NCBI GenBank assembly: GCA_024704765.1
Contig: JAKMXF010000295.1
Location: forward strand, 124,001-188,000
DNA length: 64,000 bases
Direction of reading: 5' to 3'
Source of the DNA: Oopsacas minuta
Taxonomy: Eukaryota; Animalia; Porifera
The translations under genes and the position numbers were made by a program. Each line of letters starts with the position of its first letter. Position 1 is the stretch's first letter. The notes beneath the pieces were generated by a model. The model was not told the DNA's origin and did no database searches. It saw nothing but the letters and a program-made list of their open reading frames with translations. Below, in pieces: positions 26,321-40,638 of this stretch.

Positions 26321-29300
26321 GATGCCACGAATTGATGGCCTGGTACATTATATCCAAGCACATCCTTATCATTAGTCAATTATGTATTGTATTCATACTG
26401 CTAGATGAAAAGACAGTATTATTTTCAAAACTGAGTGAAAGGGACAGTGAACATAATATTTACATTGTACGCAATTTTAAGGTGTACATGATACATAAAA
26501 TCCTGCTTGAAGGGTACGCAACGAGATAAAGTCTGATACCCACTTCTCAAATTCACATGTCTACTAAATAACGTTTCCTTCTTATCAAGAATGGCAAAAA
26601 CCATACTTTGAACTAATTTTGCATGCTGATTCAGAATCTGATGTACAATTACAGATTCTCTAAATAGGATTGCCATGTTCATATTTTTATATACGACTAA
26701 ACGATTCTAGATTGTAAAAACCTACTGAGAAAACTAGCAATGACACAAATTATCTTGAATTTCATTAAGGCCTTACAATTTCGAGCATATGATGGAACAT
26801 ATGGTATCCAGCCCTCTCCTACAGCAGTTGGTCTGGAATATCTGATGGTTCTTTACCAATCACCCAACATTCAATTGCATACTATGTTTGCCAGTCTCTC
26901 AAATCACATCGAATATAGACACATCCCTGTATCGCAGTACTTCCCAACCTTTTCTCGTCAAGTCTCAAAGATAATCTGCAACTAAGTTTATTGCCTGACT
27001 AGTATAATATGATAAGGTATATCAGAGAAATATTTGAAAGGTTACTCTATAATTTTTTTAGAACCTTTGTTTCAGAATCTTTGTTTCAGTGAGAACATTA
27101 GCGAGGTTCTAACTTCCATTAGACGAATTTCGTGATGAAGATCACAACAATTTTCTTACTTTTTTATTTATGTTCTTAAGTCAAGCTCAACTCCAGGATT
27201 GTCGTGAAGGGTAATAGAACCACATGAATGATTATTCGATTTTCCTTAGAAATTGTCTAAAATGGTCCAGACTTGCTGTCTAGATGACAATCTTATCCAT
27301 ATCCATATCTATATCGATGGGAATTTTGTGAAGATATTTGCAGCCACCAAGATTTCTATAATTTCGATTGATTCTAAGTACTTTATTCGTACTTTTCAGA
27401 CAAAATTAGTCTAGGGCACTTTTACACCTTGCGCTAGCATTTATGGTTTGGACATTGGAGCAATTCAACTTTAGCCTGGCTAAAAACATGAACAGGGTAT
27501 TGAAGTCGCCTATAGACTACTTACAATGTCTTGAATCTGATATCTATGAATATGCATAGATGTTACTCCATGCTTCTTCATGTGCTAAGATATCTACAAA
27601 ATGTCCCTAACATTTTGCTTGTAAAAATATGGCGAGCATAGTGCAGGATATATTGTGTACAGTACAGGACTTTAGCCAAATTCCTATTAGTTCAGGATTT
27701 TATGTATAAGAATAGAACTCTCGATAGTGAAATTGAAATATATGTATTGAAAACATACGCCCAAAAACTTTGTGGAAATTTAGTATGTAACATTGTTACT
27801 TATAATTATAATTTAGTCAGGGGCGTAATACAGTGTGTAAAGAGTGCAAAATACACCGCCCAGTAACATGAGTGATATATCAGGAGCCCCGACGCATTTG
27901 GCATTGTGAATTCTTTACATTAGATACGCCATCTATGAATAATTCTGAAGAAGGGACAGAGAAGATATTTTGTATCCCATCATATAAACTTTGAGTTATA
28001 AGAGCTTTGTGAACCAAGGAATATATCTGATATATCATTATTTCAGGGTTCAGTCCCTTGATTCTAATCGAGCGAGATCATCCTAGATTACATTATCATA
28101 TGTATGATCAAATACATAAAATACGTGGTTAGAAAGTAAATTACAGCTTAAGGTTCAATGAGATGGCATGCCTGCTTCATTATTACTAGTGCACTTCGCT
28201 TGCTCGATAGCTTAGGTCCTCAGGTCAGCTTAGGTATTAATCAGCTACATTTCTTGATGCTCTAGGTCTCTTTGCAAAGGGAGATATACTGCACTACTTG
28301 CCTTGGGCTTAATCTTTTGTAAAAATATAGATTTTTTATTTCCATGGTCTATCCAAATTCCATTTAATGGCCTTCTGTGGAAATACTTGAACTCTTACAT
28401 GACTAAGTTATTAAGCTGGAGACTTCTTGTCTGAAATAATATGAAAATCAAAAAATCTCGAAAATTTGGAGAATTTTGATCATTTTGTGCATTCATGATG
28501 ACTTAATAATCCCATGATGAGTTACCTCTCGGACAAAATCATGACTTATTAGATTTGTGATATTAAGACCTGATTCAATATCCAAACTTCTATCATGCAC
28601 ATTGACTGAGCAGTGTTTCTTATTGTGAATTTTGAAATTCTATAGTAACAATGACATCATAATTTCGTTTATGTGTGAATTCTCGTCCGAGGCATGCCTA
28701 TCATATCCCGGTATACCCAAAATCAGCCTTGGGGCTTCATTTTTCTTTAATCATTTCTGTACATACAAACATATATCCATGCACATAATATATATATCGA
28801 TTAATTGCGTTAAATTTTATAGACAAGCTGATCAATTCTTAGTTCAGCTTTCTATAAAGCTACAGGTAGGTCAGGCTCTATGCATAAACATGCACGATAT
28901 CTGTTTATACAACATAGTGCCGAGAATCCTTGTTCGCAGATATCTGTGCTTGGAAACATTGACAGCCTACTCACGGCCCTATCAGCCACCCGAAAAACTG
29001 TTAACCGATTCTAGACCAGATCTTCATCATTGGCATAGTTTCGAACGTATCTTGTAGTGTCTAATCGTTTAAAATTCAATGAATTATTCTTGTATATCTT
29101 TGGGCAATAAACTCACGTGCACTATGGATGTATTTCGAACCAACAAAAGATCTAACTCACTCAGGTCTGGTATTTATGATTTGAATTTGTATTTCAAGCA
29201 GGATAGTTTCACTTGAACTAGTCAATGATATCTGTTTTCATTTCTTCTCTTTCGAGAGCCGTTGTGAGATTTACAAATATGTCGAGATTTCGTCCTTGGC

Positions 29301-31619
29301 TTTTCTTTCCCATTGTCCCAACTTCATTATGAATACTCAGAACCTATCAATGAAATGAACCACAGTTGTGAATTTTGGACTTGACGTGATTAACCACATT
29401 GATCACATCGTCGTTGGTTGCTTTAGCCCTGGCCTGGTGGTAGTGTTTTTGATGCTATTGCATATCGGTGTATCATACATTGGATATGCTTAGTATCAGG
29501 ATTGACTGCTTTCACTCATCCCCGGAATATGGAGTGAATTCCAAGCTTGGCAGGAGCACCATCATTGATTCCTGCCACGTTGGATAATTCCCTCTTCGTC
29601 TTACCAAATTCCCGAACCCAGAACGAGATTTAGCACGTTATATCGTCATAAATTAACACATTTTCGCGGCAGTATATCGTTAATAGAGTATGTTGTGACA
29701 AAGTCTCAGTTATGTATTTATAAAGTAATTTCCAATGAAATTATTCAAAGGCCAATTTTCCCCAATATAGTGGCTTTTGTTGTTTAAATTGACTGATAAT
29801 TTTCCAAAATCTATTTTCATTATCCCAGAAATATTTTATCTTGCTGATATTTTCACTGAAACCTCTGCATTAATTGAATTAATTTTCAAAATTGGGAACA
29901 ATACCGGCGGAACGACGGTATTGTCCCAGACCCAGTTTTTGCCGCTTGAATACCTTTTGTATTTGATTTGAATATAAATAATCTTATTTTTGCACCCTAT
30001 TGTGATTTTGAACGCCAAAATCAAAACATCGTTATAAGTATTAGTTTCCAAGTTGCTAAATGTGTGAATTTCCATAGAGGGTTTTTCGATTTAATATTAA
30101 GTAGTATATTTTGGAATAAATTAGCTATAAGTAGGACTTATTTTTCTTAGTTGATTTGGGGAGTAATATTACAAAATTAAGTGGGCATAACTCTCTTAAC
30201 TTTGCAAATCAGCCCCCGCATATCCAAACCTAGTAAAGAGATCTGACTCTGCATACCTAGATTTCTTCACGTTGGCAACGCAGTAGAATTATATTCGAAA
30301 ACATTTCAAGATCGATAGAAACCCCAGACTACTTCAGGATAACGTATTTCAATAGTTCTAACCACTAGTGTTGAAAATGAACTTTCCAGTTTACCCAAAC
30401 TTAGTCACTCGATGGAAGTAAATAGTGTCTGAAGGAACAAGTTTGTCGCATAGAACAAATTTTCATTCAAATTTTCAGGCCAATATTTCTACTAATAGAA
30501 TCTAACTCATTTCAAGCTTATAGACATAAATTTGCCTTTTTTATGCCCATATACGCGAGTTTCACTAGCTTGAATAAGACCTTGGTGTAGAGTGAGGTAT
30601 ACCATTTTCTATACATTCTGAATATCATTTATTAGTTACTTCCGTTTAATCAAGGGAAAAACATCAATTTGTATAAGAGGGCCCAAATATTTGGTCGATA
30701 CAATGTGGGAAAAGTGGGGTGTATTGGTTGAGTGGTTAAACAGTTGAAAATAAGGATTGAGAAACATTTGGGGAAGAATTGCAGTTTTTGTATGTTATGT
30801 CGGAGTTGGATTGATTGGAATTCTTCATGGCTTTCACGCAACTGTAAGAGTTACAAAGGAGGAAATGGGTGAGGTCATACTATTCTTTAGACATTTGGTG
30901 CAAAAGAGGATATGATTGTCAAGGAAGTGTCAGTTGAAGGACAAGTGGTGGGATTCTCTACAAAATGATCTATCTCTAATCCAAATACAATATAGCTTGG
31001 ATAGTCAATTAAATTTGAATATTCAAGTACTACTACTATACCCTTTGAATATGGTATCATGTAAATGCGACCTTATCCACTTACTGATGGTTAAAATTCT
31101 GAGTGTTCTTCGGGCAGATCTTTAATCATCAGTGATCTCTTTATTTTATTGTCTGACAATAGCTTCTGATATGTTTGGATACGATATGTTAATATAACCA
31201 GATCTTTTCCATCACTTTATTCATCGTAGACCCTGATATCGACAAGTCTTGACACAACTTTCTAGTTGAGTCATGACACTGGAAATAAATTGAGGCGTGC
31301 AGAGACTCTTCATCGGAGAATGAGAGTGCCTGTCATTGGACCTACAGTTGAGATTCTGAAATGTTCCCTCACTCTGGAACCTGATGACCATCTTGAAAAT
31401 AACGAGCTTTGTTGAAGCGTATTCTTTTTCAAAGGAATTTAATATCAGTATATGTTTTTACAAAGGATTTCTTTCGAAGGACCGCTGGATATCTCATGGT
31501 CTGTCATTCGTGGACCATTGCCTTATCTGCGAAACCCTGATATATTATCTAAAATATTCCGAAAGTATTAGCGATATCGTTGAAAAGTGATAATTAGGAG
31601 TGAAATCAATAAGATTTCC

Positions 31620-31920
31620 ATTTTTGAATGACACTGCGCTTTGTTATGTTGGAGAGAATGATTTAGTTCCGAATTAAAAAATGATCCAATTGTCAAAGAA
31701 TACAATTGAATTTCGAATTATTACTTGATCAGAAGATATTTGTCATCACATATTTTCAGAATTCAATTTGCAACTTTGTAGCCTTCAACTTGATGAATCT
31801 ACAGACTGATCCAATGATGCATAACTGTGATTGGTCGTTTGAAGATAATTTTTGATTGGTTGAGCTTTACTATCTGTATGATATATTTACTTATCTAAAT
31901 TGATTAAGTACATGAACACA
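31620..31920 (+). pseudogene. Short hAT transposase fragment
   Basis: LQLDEST motif (~31785-31805) with Buster-like context. Heavily decayed. Confidence 0.45.
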
Positions 31921-34384
31921 GGGAAACAATTTCGCTCTTTTTGATTCATCTAATAAATCACGTGTTTGTAAATATGTCAACTTTTCAGAGGTTGAAATTT
32001 GAACATAGCATAACAACAGCCTACCCGAGACTATAATTATTTGTGAAGAAATGGATTGGTTTTGCTACCTAGAAATGATTTATGAGAAATTGTAATCATC
32101 ATAATGCCGAAATTAGTTCGTATTTTTCGGTTTTTGATTGCCGTATATATGGATATCCATGGAGATCTAATGGATAGCCTCTGGGTTTTGTCTTATCCAT
32201 AGATATCGTGGATATTCATTTCATTCCATGCTTTATTTTAGAACAAAGAACACGGTATTTTACCACTTCTTTCAAACCAATTCACGCACTCAAATTGAGT
32301 TTTCAGCAATTCTAGATCTCATAAAATCACACATTTTTCCAGCCGTTTCGGTTAAATGGTTAATATACTATAATATATAGGGTTTTATTAAAATATTATA
32401 ACTGTCATATTTTAGTGCTATGTTAGCTGTCTCGTTTAGGACATAGTTTGTCAGAATTTATTAGTCAGTTTTTGAAGTTTTAGCAATTTCACCTTTGGCA
32501 GTTATGATCATTTATATTATATCGCTTAACAAATTATCAAGTCTCTACTTGAAATATAGATCCTGTATTTATACCAAATAATCACTCAATTATATTTCAT
32601 GATATATTCTCTATAATCTCAGACTGATTGCTATAGTCAGCTTAATCCGAAGTGTCAGTTAAAAACCGATTCTTTTAGCGGTTAAGACATACCGTTGGAT
32701 GGGCATGACCTTTGGATAGGGACTTGATAATGATGACTATTTCAAATAATGTCAATCAATTCTAAAAATAATAGATGAAGATGCATATGTTGTCATGCAT
32801 GATTATGGGCCAACCACCTAAACCTATCATCGGGAGCTATTCATGATATTTTGAGGAAAGATATTGATAAGATGGATATCTATTCCCGCTGAGCTCGTTG
32901 ATTCTTTTGACTCATATATATATATCCTCTAATAACTCCCTAAACGCTCCCGGAATCTATAGCATGGACGATAATACAGTCTATATCTTATTCAAAGTAT
33001 ATACAGGGTGGCTCTAAAGTTCTGATACAAACCATTTTGTCTGTAATATTTTTCAGCATGACCTACATCATTTATTTTCAATATATAATTAATACAGACT
33101 ATTAGGAAGAGATTGCCTAGTCATTTATTCATATAACCACCCTTTTTGGAAGTGACAGCACTGAATCTGTTCTGGAATCCTTCTACTGCGGCACGCAGAG
33201 TTTCTTGGGTTACTTCTCCCATTCTCCACACAAGGATATCTTTAGAGAGCTAACTGTGTTGTGTGACACAGAACAAGCCTTGTTTTCCAAGATAGACCAT
33301 ACAGAATAGTCTATGGGATTTAAATCGGGACTGTATGGTGGCCATTCATCCTTGTGTATAAGACTCGGAATATTGTGCTTCAGCAAAACTTGGGTCGTAT
33401 TGGCCGTATGGGTGGAGCACCATCTTGTTGGAAGACAAATAGCTGCCCAGAAAACATGGTCTGGCTCAGACTTTTACCACAAGTTCTAATACAAGCACTT
33501 GGTATGTTTTGGCATTGATTTTCACTCCTGGGGGATGAAAATCAGTGGTGTCTAGCCAACAGCAGAGACCCAAGCCCAGACCATCACCGACAGTGGTTTC
33601 TCCATCCGACATGTATCTGAACTTATCAGAGATCGCTGAAACTGAGCTCGAGATTATTCTGTCGTTTTGGATATTTGTAGCCCCTTCAATGGTGAAAGTT
33701 TTCCCAACTGAGATAAGGGCATTTTCGAGAACCCCAATAGCGTGTAGTGCAAGTAGGCTCTTGCTCTAAGACACTCCCTTTTCTTTCACCGACCCAGATA
33801 GGAATTTACCTGTTTGCGTTTAAAAGAGCGGATTCCTAGGTCCCTTTTGACAACCTTTAGTATTGTCGGCGAGTTATATTGAGCTCCAAGGCCATTTTCC
33901 TCGTCGAACGGTGTGGGTTCCTCTGAATCCGTTCTCGAACCACTTTCTTGAAAGCTGGGGTCGTTACAGAGCATGGATAACCAGATCTCGGCTTGTCTAC
34001 AGTGTCCCCAGTTTCCTTATATCGATTTATCGTCCTGTAGATAAATGCCCTACGTCCTTTTGCAATTTTCAGCAGTTTCAAAATTTCTGAGGGACTTTTC
34101 CCCGCCACATGCAACTCAATAATTCCTGACTTCTCAGATTCCATGGCCAACACACAATTTTTTCTAAATACTGCACTAAATTGAAATAATATTCGTTAAG
34201 AAGCTATAAAGCAGTGGTTCTCAGCCTTTTCTGGCCTCCCCCCCCCATTAGGTTTAATCTCCCTTTTGTCCCACACCCTCTCCTCAAATACTTTGAAATT
34301 TAGTTTTTTTATTATATCAAATTAACTGTAATTAATGCCAGCCTTGTAATTGCTTATTAGATGCTAATATTTCAATATCTGGAC

Positions 34385-36671
34385 CGGGGGTCTTCAACCT
34401 GCGGCTCCTGGGATAATTCTTGTTTTTGTTTATTTTGTCTTCACTTTGTTAATTTTGAAATTTGTTGTATTTTATTCAACAGATATTGTGAATATACTTA
34501 AGTATTAGCACATTTTGTTTCTCAATTCTGGAAACCTTGATGGTGTTTAAACTGTATGGAAGACCTTTGATGTCTTCAGTAATTAATTTAAGTCTTCAGT
34601 CAATATTCAAATACTTACAAAAGTATAAATCAGAAGTATTTGACAATATACAATTTCATTTTCGGATTTCAAATACACTCCAAATACACATTTTTTATTA
34701 TTCATTAATTATTTACGTATCCACTATGGCTACTTCTATGTCGAAAAAGCGGAAGATACAAGAAGAAAATCGGTCATTTAAGATAGAATGAGAAATAAAG
34801 TATTTTTTCGCGGAGGACAGTGGCAAGTTCATTTACCTAATATGCCGTGAAACAATAGCTTCCGCTAAAAACGGAAACTTTGAAAGGCATTACAATACCA
34901 AACACCAATCAAATTTTGTGGGAATTCTTTGGGAATCACGAAAGACTAAACTAGACAATCTTAAAAGAAACTTGAAGAGTGAACAATCAATCATTTCAAA
35001 AAATGATAATTCGGTTAAGTCTATCACAGCAGTTAGCTTTGCTATCAGTAATATAATCGCGAAACGCATGAAACCATTTACGGATGGTGAGTTTATAAAG
35101 GAATGCCTAAATGAATTCGCTGATCAATGTTGTCCAGACAAAAAACAACTAATACAGCAGGTATCCTTGAGCGCTACGACAGTAATGCGTCGAGTGGAAT
35201 CAATTTCAAAAAAATATTCATACACAACTATTGGAAAGACAAGTTGTTTTAGTTTCTGTAGCTTCGCACTTGATGGAAGTAAGATGTTTGTGATGTTGAG
35301 CAATTGGCAATCTGGATAGGAGGCGTTGATGAAAACTTCAACATTACCGAGGAATTACTGTCTCTGCGTTCTATGCATGGAAGAACTCGTGGCATTGATA
35401 TTTTCGAAGAGTATCTTAAGATTGTGTCGGAAAAACAATATTCCTTCCTTAAAGTTATCTGGCATTTCAACAAATGGAGCTTCATCAATGCTTGGTACAG
35501 GTACAGCGTTTAAAGGTCAAGTTCTACGATGGTTGACAGAAAATAATGTGACAGAAATATCATGGTGTCACTGTATTATTCATCAAGAGGCCCTATGTGC
35601 GAAAACACTTGGACTGGAAAATGTTATGAAGTTGATAGTAGACGTTGTGAATTTTATCAGATCAAAGGAGTGAATCATAGAGAATTTAAAGAATTTTTGA
35701 AAGATCTCGATTCAGATTACGGAGATGTATTATATTTTACAAGTGTTAGGTGGCTGAGTGAGGAGTAGTAGTTCTTAAAAGAGTTTGGGAATTACAAGAT
35801 GAAATATCAAGTTTCTTAGCCTCAAAGGGCAAGAAAGTTCCTGAATTCGAAGATACAAATTGGATTAGCGACTTTGCCTTCCTTGTAGATATGACTACAC
35901 ACCTAAATATTCTAAATTCCACACTTCAGGGAAAGAACAAGTTGATTCATAAACTATATGCCACAATTCGAAGTTTTAAGATGAAGCTCGCTCTATTTAA
36001 GTTACAGCTTAAAAATAACAATTTTTCTCACTTTCCAGCACTAAAGTCACAAGATAGTGCCGATGGAAACAAATATGCCGAAATTAATTCAAATCTCCAA
36101 GAAAACTTTGATACTCGATTTGGAGATTTTAGAAATCAACAACAAAGCTTCAAGATTTTTGCACAGCCTTTCAGTTTTGAACTGCAATATGCTCCACAGG
36201 AGCTTCAACTTGAACTCATAGACCTGCAGTCTAGCATAGATCTCAAGGCAGACTTCAAGGATGTTGGAGTAATTAGTTTCTATAAAACTCTTCCTTCAGA
36301 TATCTATCCTGCTATTTTACAACACGCAAGAAGGATAGCTAGTTTATTTGGAAGCACTTACACTTGCGAGGTATTTTTCTCCAAAATGAAATATATCAAG
36401 AACAAATATAGAACTAATTTGACTGATGACCACCTCCAAGACGTTCTTCGTATTTCATCGACTGATATGAAACCTAATATAGATGGCATCTTAATACAAC
36501 AACAAAAACAGTATCAACCTTCACATTAATATTTTACTCTGATAAATTACTCATAATAATACAGTACTATATTAATATATAGAATACATGATCCTTAACT
36601 TTTAATGCGGCTCGCCAATCTAATACGAAACTAATATTTGGCTCATTGAAGAAAAAGGTTGAAGACCCCTG
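34385..36671 (+). mobile_element. hAT element, SPIN/GTF2IRD2-like
   Basis: TIR C(G/A)GGGGTCTTCAACC and a perfect 8-bp TSD ATCTGGAC (34377-34384 / 36672-36679). Confidence 0.93.
34726..36529 (+). pseudogene. SPIN/GTF2IRD2-like hAT transposase, frameshifted
   Basis: MSKKRKIQEENRSF, KPFTDGEFIKECL, FALDGS, HCIIHQEALCAK, FTSVRWLS, LFGSTYTCEVFFSKMKYIKNKYRTNLTDDHL. Confidence 0.92.
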
Positions 36672-37722
36672 ATCTGGACTATAGATTGCTGCTGATATCC
36701 TTAAACCTTCTCTTAAGTCAAGTTGCCTGAGGTGTTTTGACCTATGAAATTTGCTGAAGAAAGGATTTTTTCACAAAAATTTATTGTTGGAAATGGAAGC
36801 AAAAACAATCTTTCAGCTGTTTTGAAAAGATTTGGCGCTACCCCCTTCACTAAGAACCAGAATTTAGTTTTGTTAGCACAATAATATTTATCTCTCACCT
36901 CCTCATTTGCCTGTAAATATAACAACTCGTCTACTAGTATGTTGTCTCAGGCCATCACATCTTCCCAGTGACATATCCATCAGGGTTAGCAGGCATTTAG
37001 GGATTGATGGAACGTCCGAAAAGCAATTAGAACAATCAGTAACTAGATTCATCAAATGTTCTGCGACAAGGCTAGTAAATTTAACTTCAAGATGTGGTGA
37101 AAGAGAAAGAATTGCTTCTACACTTGGGAACCGGTTCAATTGGTTTGCTCAGTATGTGTAAACGAAAGAATTCCAACTTATTTTGAAATGTAGTCACATT
37201 TTCTATAGCCTCTTGAAGAAAAATCCCATCTCCCTGCAACCTAAGATTACTCAGGTTAGAGTAAGAGAAGATTTCAGTAAGATAAGCTAATTTCAGTTTG
37301 AAATAGACCGATGAAAACTCTTCTGTCTTAAAGAAATGTTTCTGATCTAGAAATTCACATAGCTGATAATAAATAGGATATACTCGTTCAGGAGCTTTTC
37401 CTCAACTAAGCCAGCGAACTTCTGTGTGGAAAAGGAGGACGTCGTGTTCTACTTCCGAATCTTCACATAGTTTTCTTAGTATACGTTCGTTCAAAGGACT
37501 TGATTTGACAAAGTTCACTACTTTGATGACAAGGTTATTAAAAGAGCGAGGAACTGAATACAATGATTAAAATAAGTAGCGATAGCGAAGAGCCTCCCCT
37601 GACTAGATTATTTACGCACCCCCCAGGTATAAATGGTTCTCTCCGAATATGTACCCCATTTATCCCCCCTCTTGCGTTCATCCTCCCACTTCGGTTTGCC
37701 ATCCCCCTGGTTGAGAAGCATT

Positions 37723-40638
37723 CTCGGGTAACTGAAAAAACATTATGACAAAAAAATAAGGTCGTTAAGATTTTTTCACTTTCTTATACAGAATCTTATG
37801 AAGAATCCGAATATACGCTCCAAAAAATTTTCCTACCATTAAAATCTTTTTACACATTATACAAAAATTTATGAAATCAATAAAATTCTGGCTACAATAT
37901 AATTAACATATCCGCATTTTTAATATATTATCGTAATTCTTCGCCGATATACTTCTTTCTAGAATTCAATTTAATTACTAGTTACCTAATAGAATTGATG
38001 TTTTTAACGAATTCCTATCCAAAATGTCATTACCATGGCAACAAAATGAAACGTAGGAATTTACGCAATAGTTTTCAATCTAGCTAAGTAGTACTTGTAT
38101 GATATTACATTTAGGATATATACGTGTAATTATTGATTAATTCAGTTAAAGCAAATGAGTGAAGAAACGAAACATGAACATGCAAAAATTAGAATTTGTC
38201 CTTGGTGTTGTTCGAAAGTTGGCAAAATTGTTTTGAGGAATAATCACCTAAAGGACACTAAGTTAGGTGAATTATACAACCAATATTTGGAACCAATCAA
38301 TATTTTAGAAGATAATCACCCTTACATCGTGTGTAATACTTGTAAGCTCTACTTGTTTACTCAGTCCTCAGGGGATACGACGAGGAAAACACCTGCACGA
38401 TATGATTGGCCCTTAATTCATAACACGCGCTTAAACACCTGCCGCATTGGGAACTTATGTTCAATGTGTACCGAGAGTTCAAGGTTCGGTCGCAAGAATC
38501 AAGCTTCATCTTCGATAATCCATATAAAGCCAGGAAGACCAACAATCAATTCACCTCAAAAGACAATCAGGATATGTAACAAATGTGCGAATCGTGTTAG
38601 TCCTGGAGTTAGTCATATCTGTTTGAAAAAGACATTGATTACCAACGCACATAATATGTTGGAACACCATAACGCTATTGATGCATTCGTTGGTGATAAT
38701 GTATACCAAAGATTACATGAATGTAGCCACAACAAATATTCAATTCAGTTGCCTAAAACTTCAGGTGGGAATTCGTTTCATCTCTCTGTCTCCTCTTCCA
38801 GTACTGACGAACGTCCAGCTAAATTATCATAAATGGACTTCTCTCACATCGCGAATTTGAAGTGTTCAGGAATGTCATTGTCTAAAAACAGTTAAAGGTA
38901 GTAACTCGAATTATTAGAGATGTTGGAGTACCATGTCCATCAATGGATAGCTACTATAGAGAACGACATTGTTGTGCGACGAAATATTCGAATGCATCCA
39001 GGTTGAGCTGGACTATGGTAAAGAGAGATACAAGTCAGAATATAGGAACTCAGGGATAGTGAGAGGTTGCAATATCGATGCCCTGATTGAAAAGATCTTT
39101 AATATCAGCGGAGAAATATATCGGTACTTGATCTTCATTTCAAGCTTGGATTAGACTTTGGTCGTGGTTTTAATAAACTACTTATGTGTGTACAGAATAA
39201 TAATTCTGTTGATAACCTGGTTTATCTATGGGTTACGAGTGCCCCAGAGTGTATTATAACTTCTCCGTTATGCTTCAAGATGACCAGATAAAACGGCTGA
39301 TGGAAGAATACAACGTTTGATTTGCAGTAGATTTGAAAGCTGCAATTTATTGCCTGGGAATAATGAACGGACGTCACCCTTGTATATGGTGTACTTGGGC
39401 AATAAAAGGGGTTTAGATAGTGTTCAATGGGAAGAACGATTATCTGCTCACCATCAAGAGATGTTTCAAAAGTTTCAAGATATGTATCAGGGAGATTCTA
39501 AGAATCATGCAATTGACTGCGATGGTATTGAGGATCGCCAAGCAGTAAATGTATGGCTGGTAGATTTCATGCTAATGTTTAATCTTCCCGAGTTACATCT
39601 GTTTCTGGGATAGGACAGAAGTTATACGATGCCATCCTCATCACAATGTCTGATGACGAAAAAGAACACCATAAATCAATCCTAAAAAAACTGAGTATTC
39701 ATAGAAGTACTTACCATGGAGGGGCATTTGAAGGTAATGCAATGAGGATAATCACAAAGGAGGTATTGGAACTCGGGTTTCCATAGAGGAATTCGTCTTA
39801 TATCGCGCTTGTAAAATTCAGAGATGTTGTTGATTCAGGCTTCGGGAAACACATAAAGGGAGATTTCAAAATGGCAGTAAATCAGTTTGAACAATCATTT
39901 AAACAATCAGGACTTTCGTGCTCTATAAAAGTTCATGTTCTATGTAGGCATCTAATTCCGTTTATCACGAATTATCTTCCAGATGGAATGGGTTTGGGAT
40001 CAGTTTCAGAACAAGCATTTGAATCTGCCCATTCTAGATTTCTTAGAGTTTGGGAGGCAAATATATAAATGCCAAGAGGAAAATGAAAAATTTCCAGAGT
40101 GCTTATTAAACATAGTATCAGAGGTAAACTTCGTCAATTTCATAAATAAATCATAGTATGGTAAGCAAGGTCATGTTCTACATTATATTAGAAATAAAAA
40201 TAATTGGTTAATTATGGTTAGGCATCAATAATTACACGTATATATCCTATATATAATAACATACAAGTACTACTTAGCTAGATTGAAAACTATTGCGTAA
40301 ATTCCTACGTTTCATTTTGTTGCCATGGTAATGACATTTTGGATAGGAATTCGTTAAAAACATCAATTCTATTAGGTAACTAGTAATTAAATTGAATTCT
40401 AGAAAGAAGTATATCAGCGAAGAATCACGATAATATATTAAAGATGGGGATATGTTAAAATTATTTGTGGCCAGAATTTTTTTGATTTCATAAATTTTTG
40501 TATAATGTGTAAAAAGTTTTAATGGTAGGAAAATTTTTTGGAGCGTATATTCGGATTCCTCATAAAATTCTGTATAAGAGAGTGAAAAAATCTTAACGAC
40601 CTTATTTTTTTGTCATAATGTTTTTTCAGTTACCCGTG
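37723..40638 (+). mobile_element. Chapaev (CMC superfamily) transposon with ~415-bp TIRs
   Basis: Ends C(T/A)CGGGTAACTG ... CAGTTACCCGTG. 4-bp TSD catt/cact. Inverted repeats at 37723-38137 and 40224-40638. Confidence 0.88.
38155..40160 (+). pseudogene. Chapaev transposase (N-terminal Chapa zinc finger), multiple frameshifts
   Basis: HEHAKIRICPWCC...EDNHPYIVCNTCK...C...CSMC (38155-38832), PELHLFLG, YHGGAFEGN, SIKVHVLCRH, GSVSEQAFESAH. Confidence 0.85.

Noticed and set aside
30680-30780. P-loop (GRYNVGK) or GIY-YIG-like motif
   Set aside because: Short match broken by a stop, with no supporting downstream motifs.
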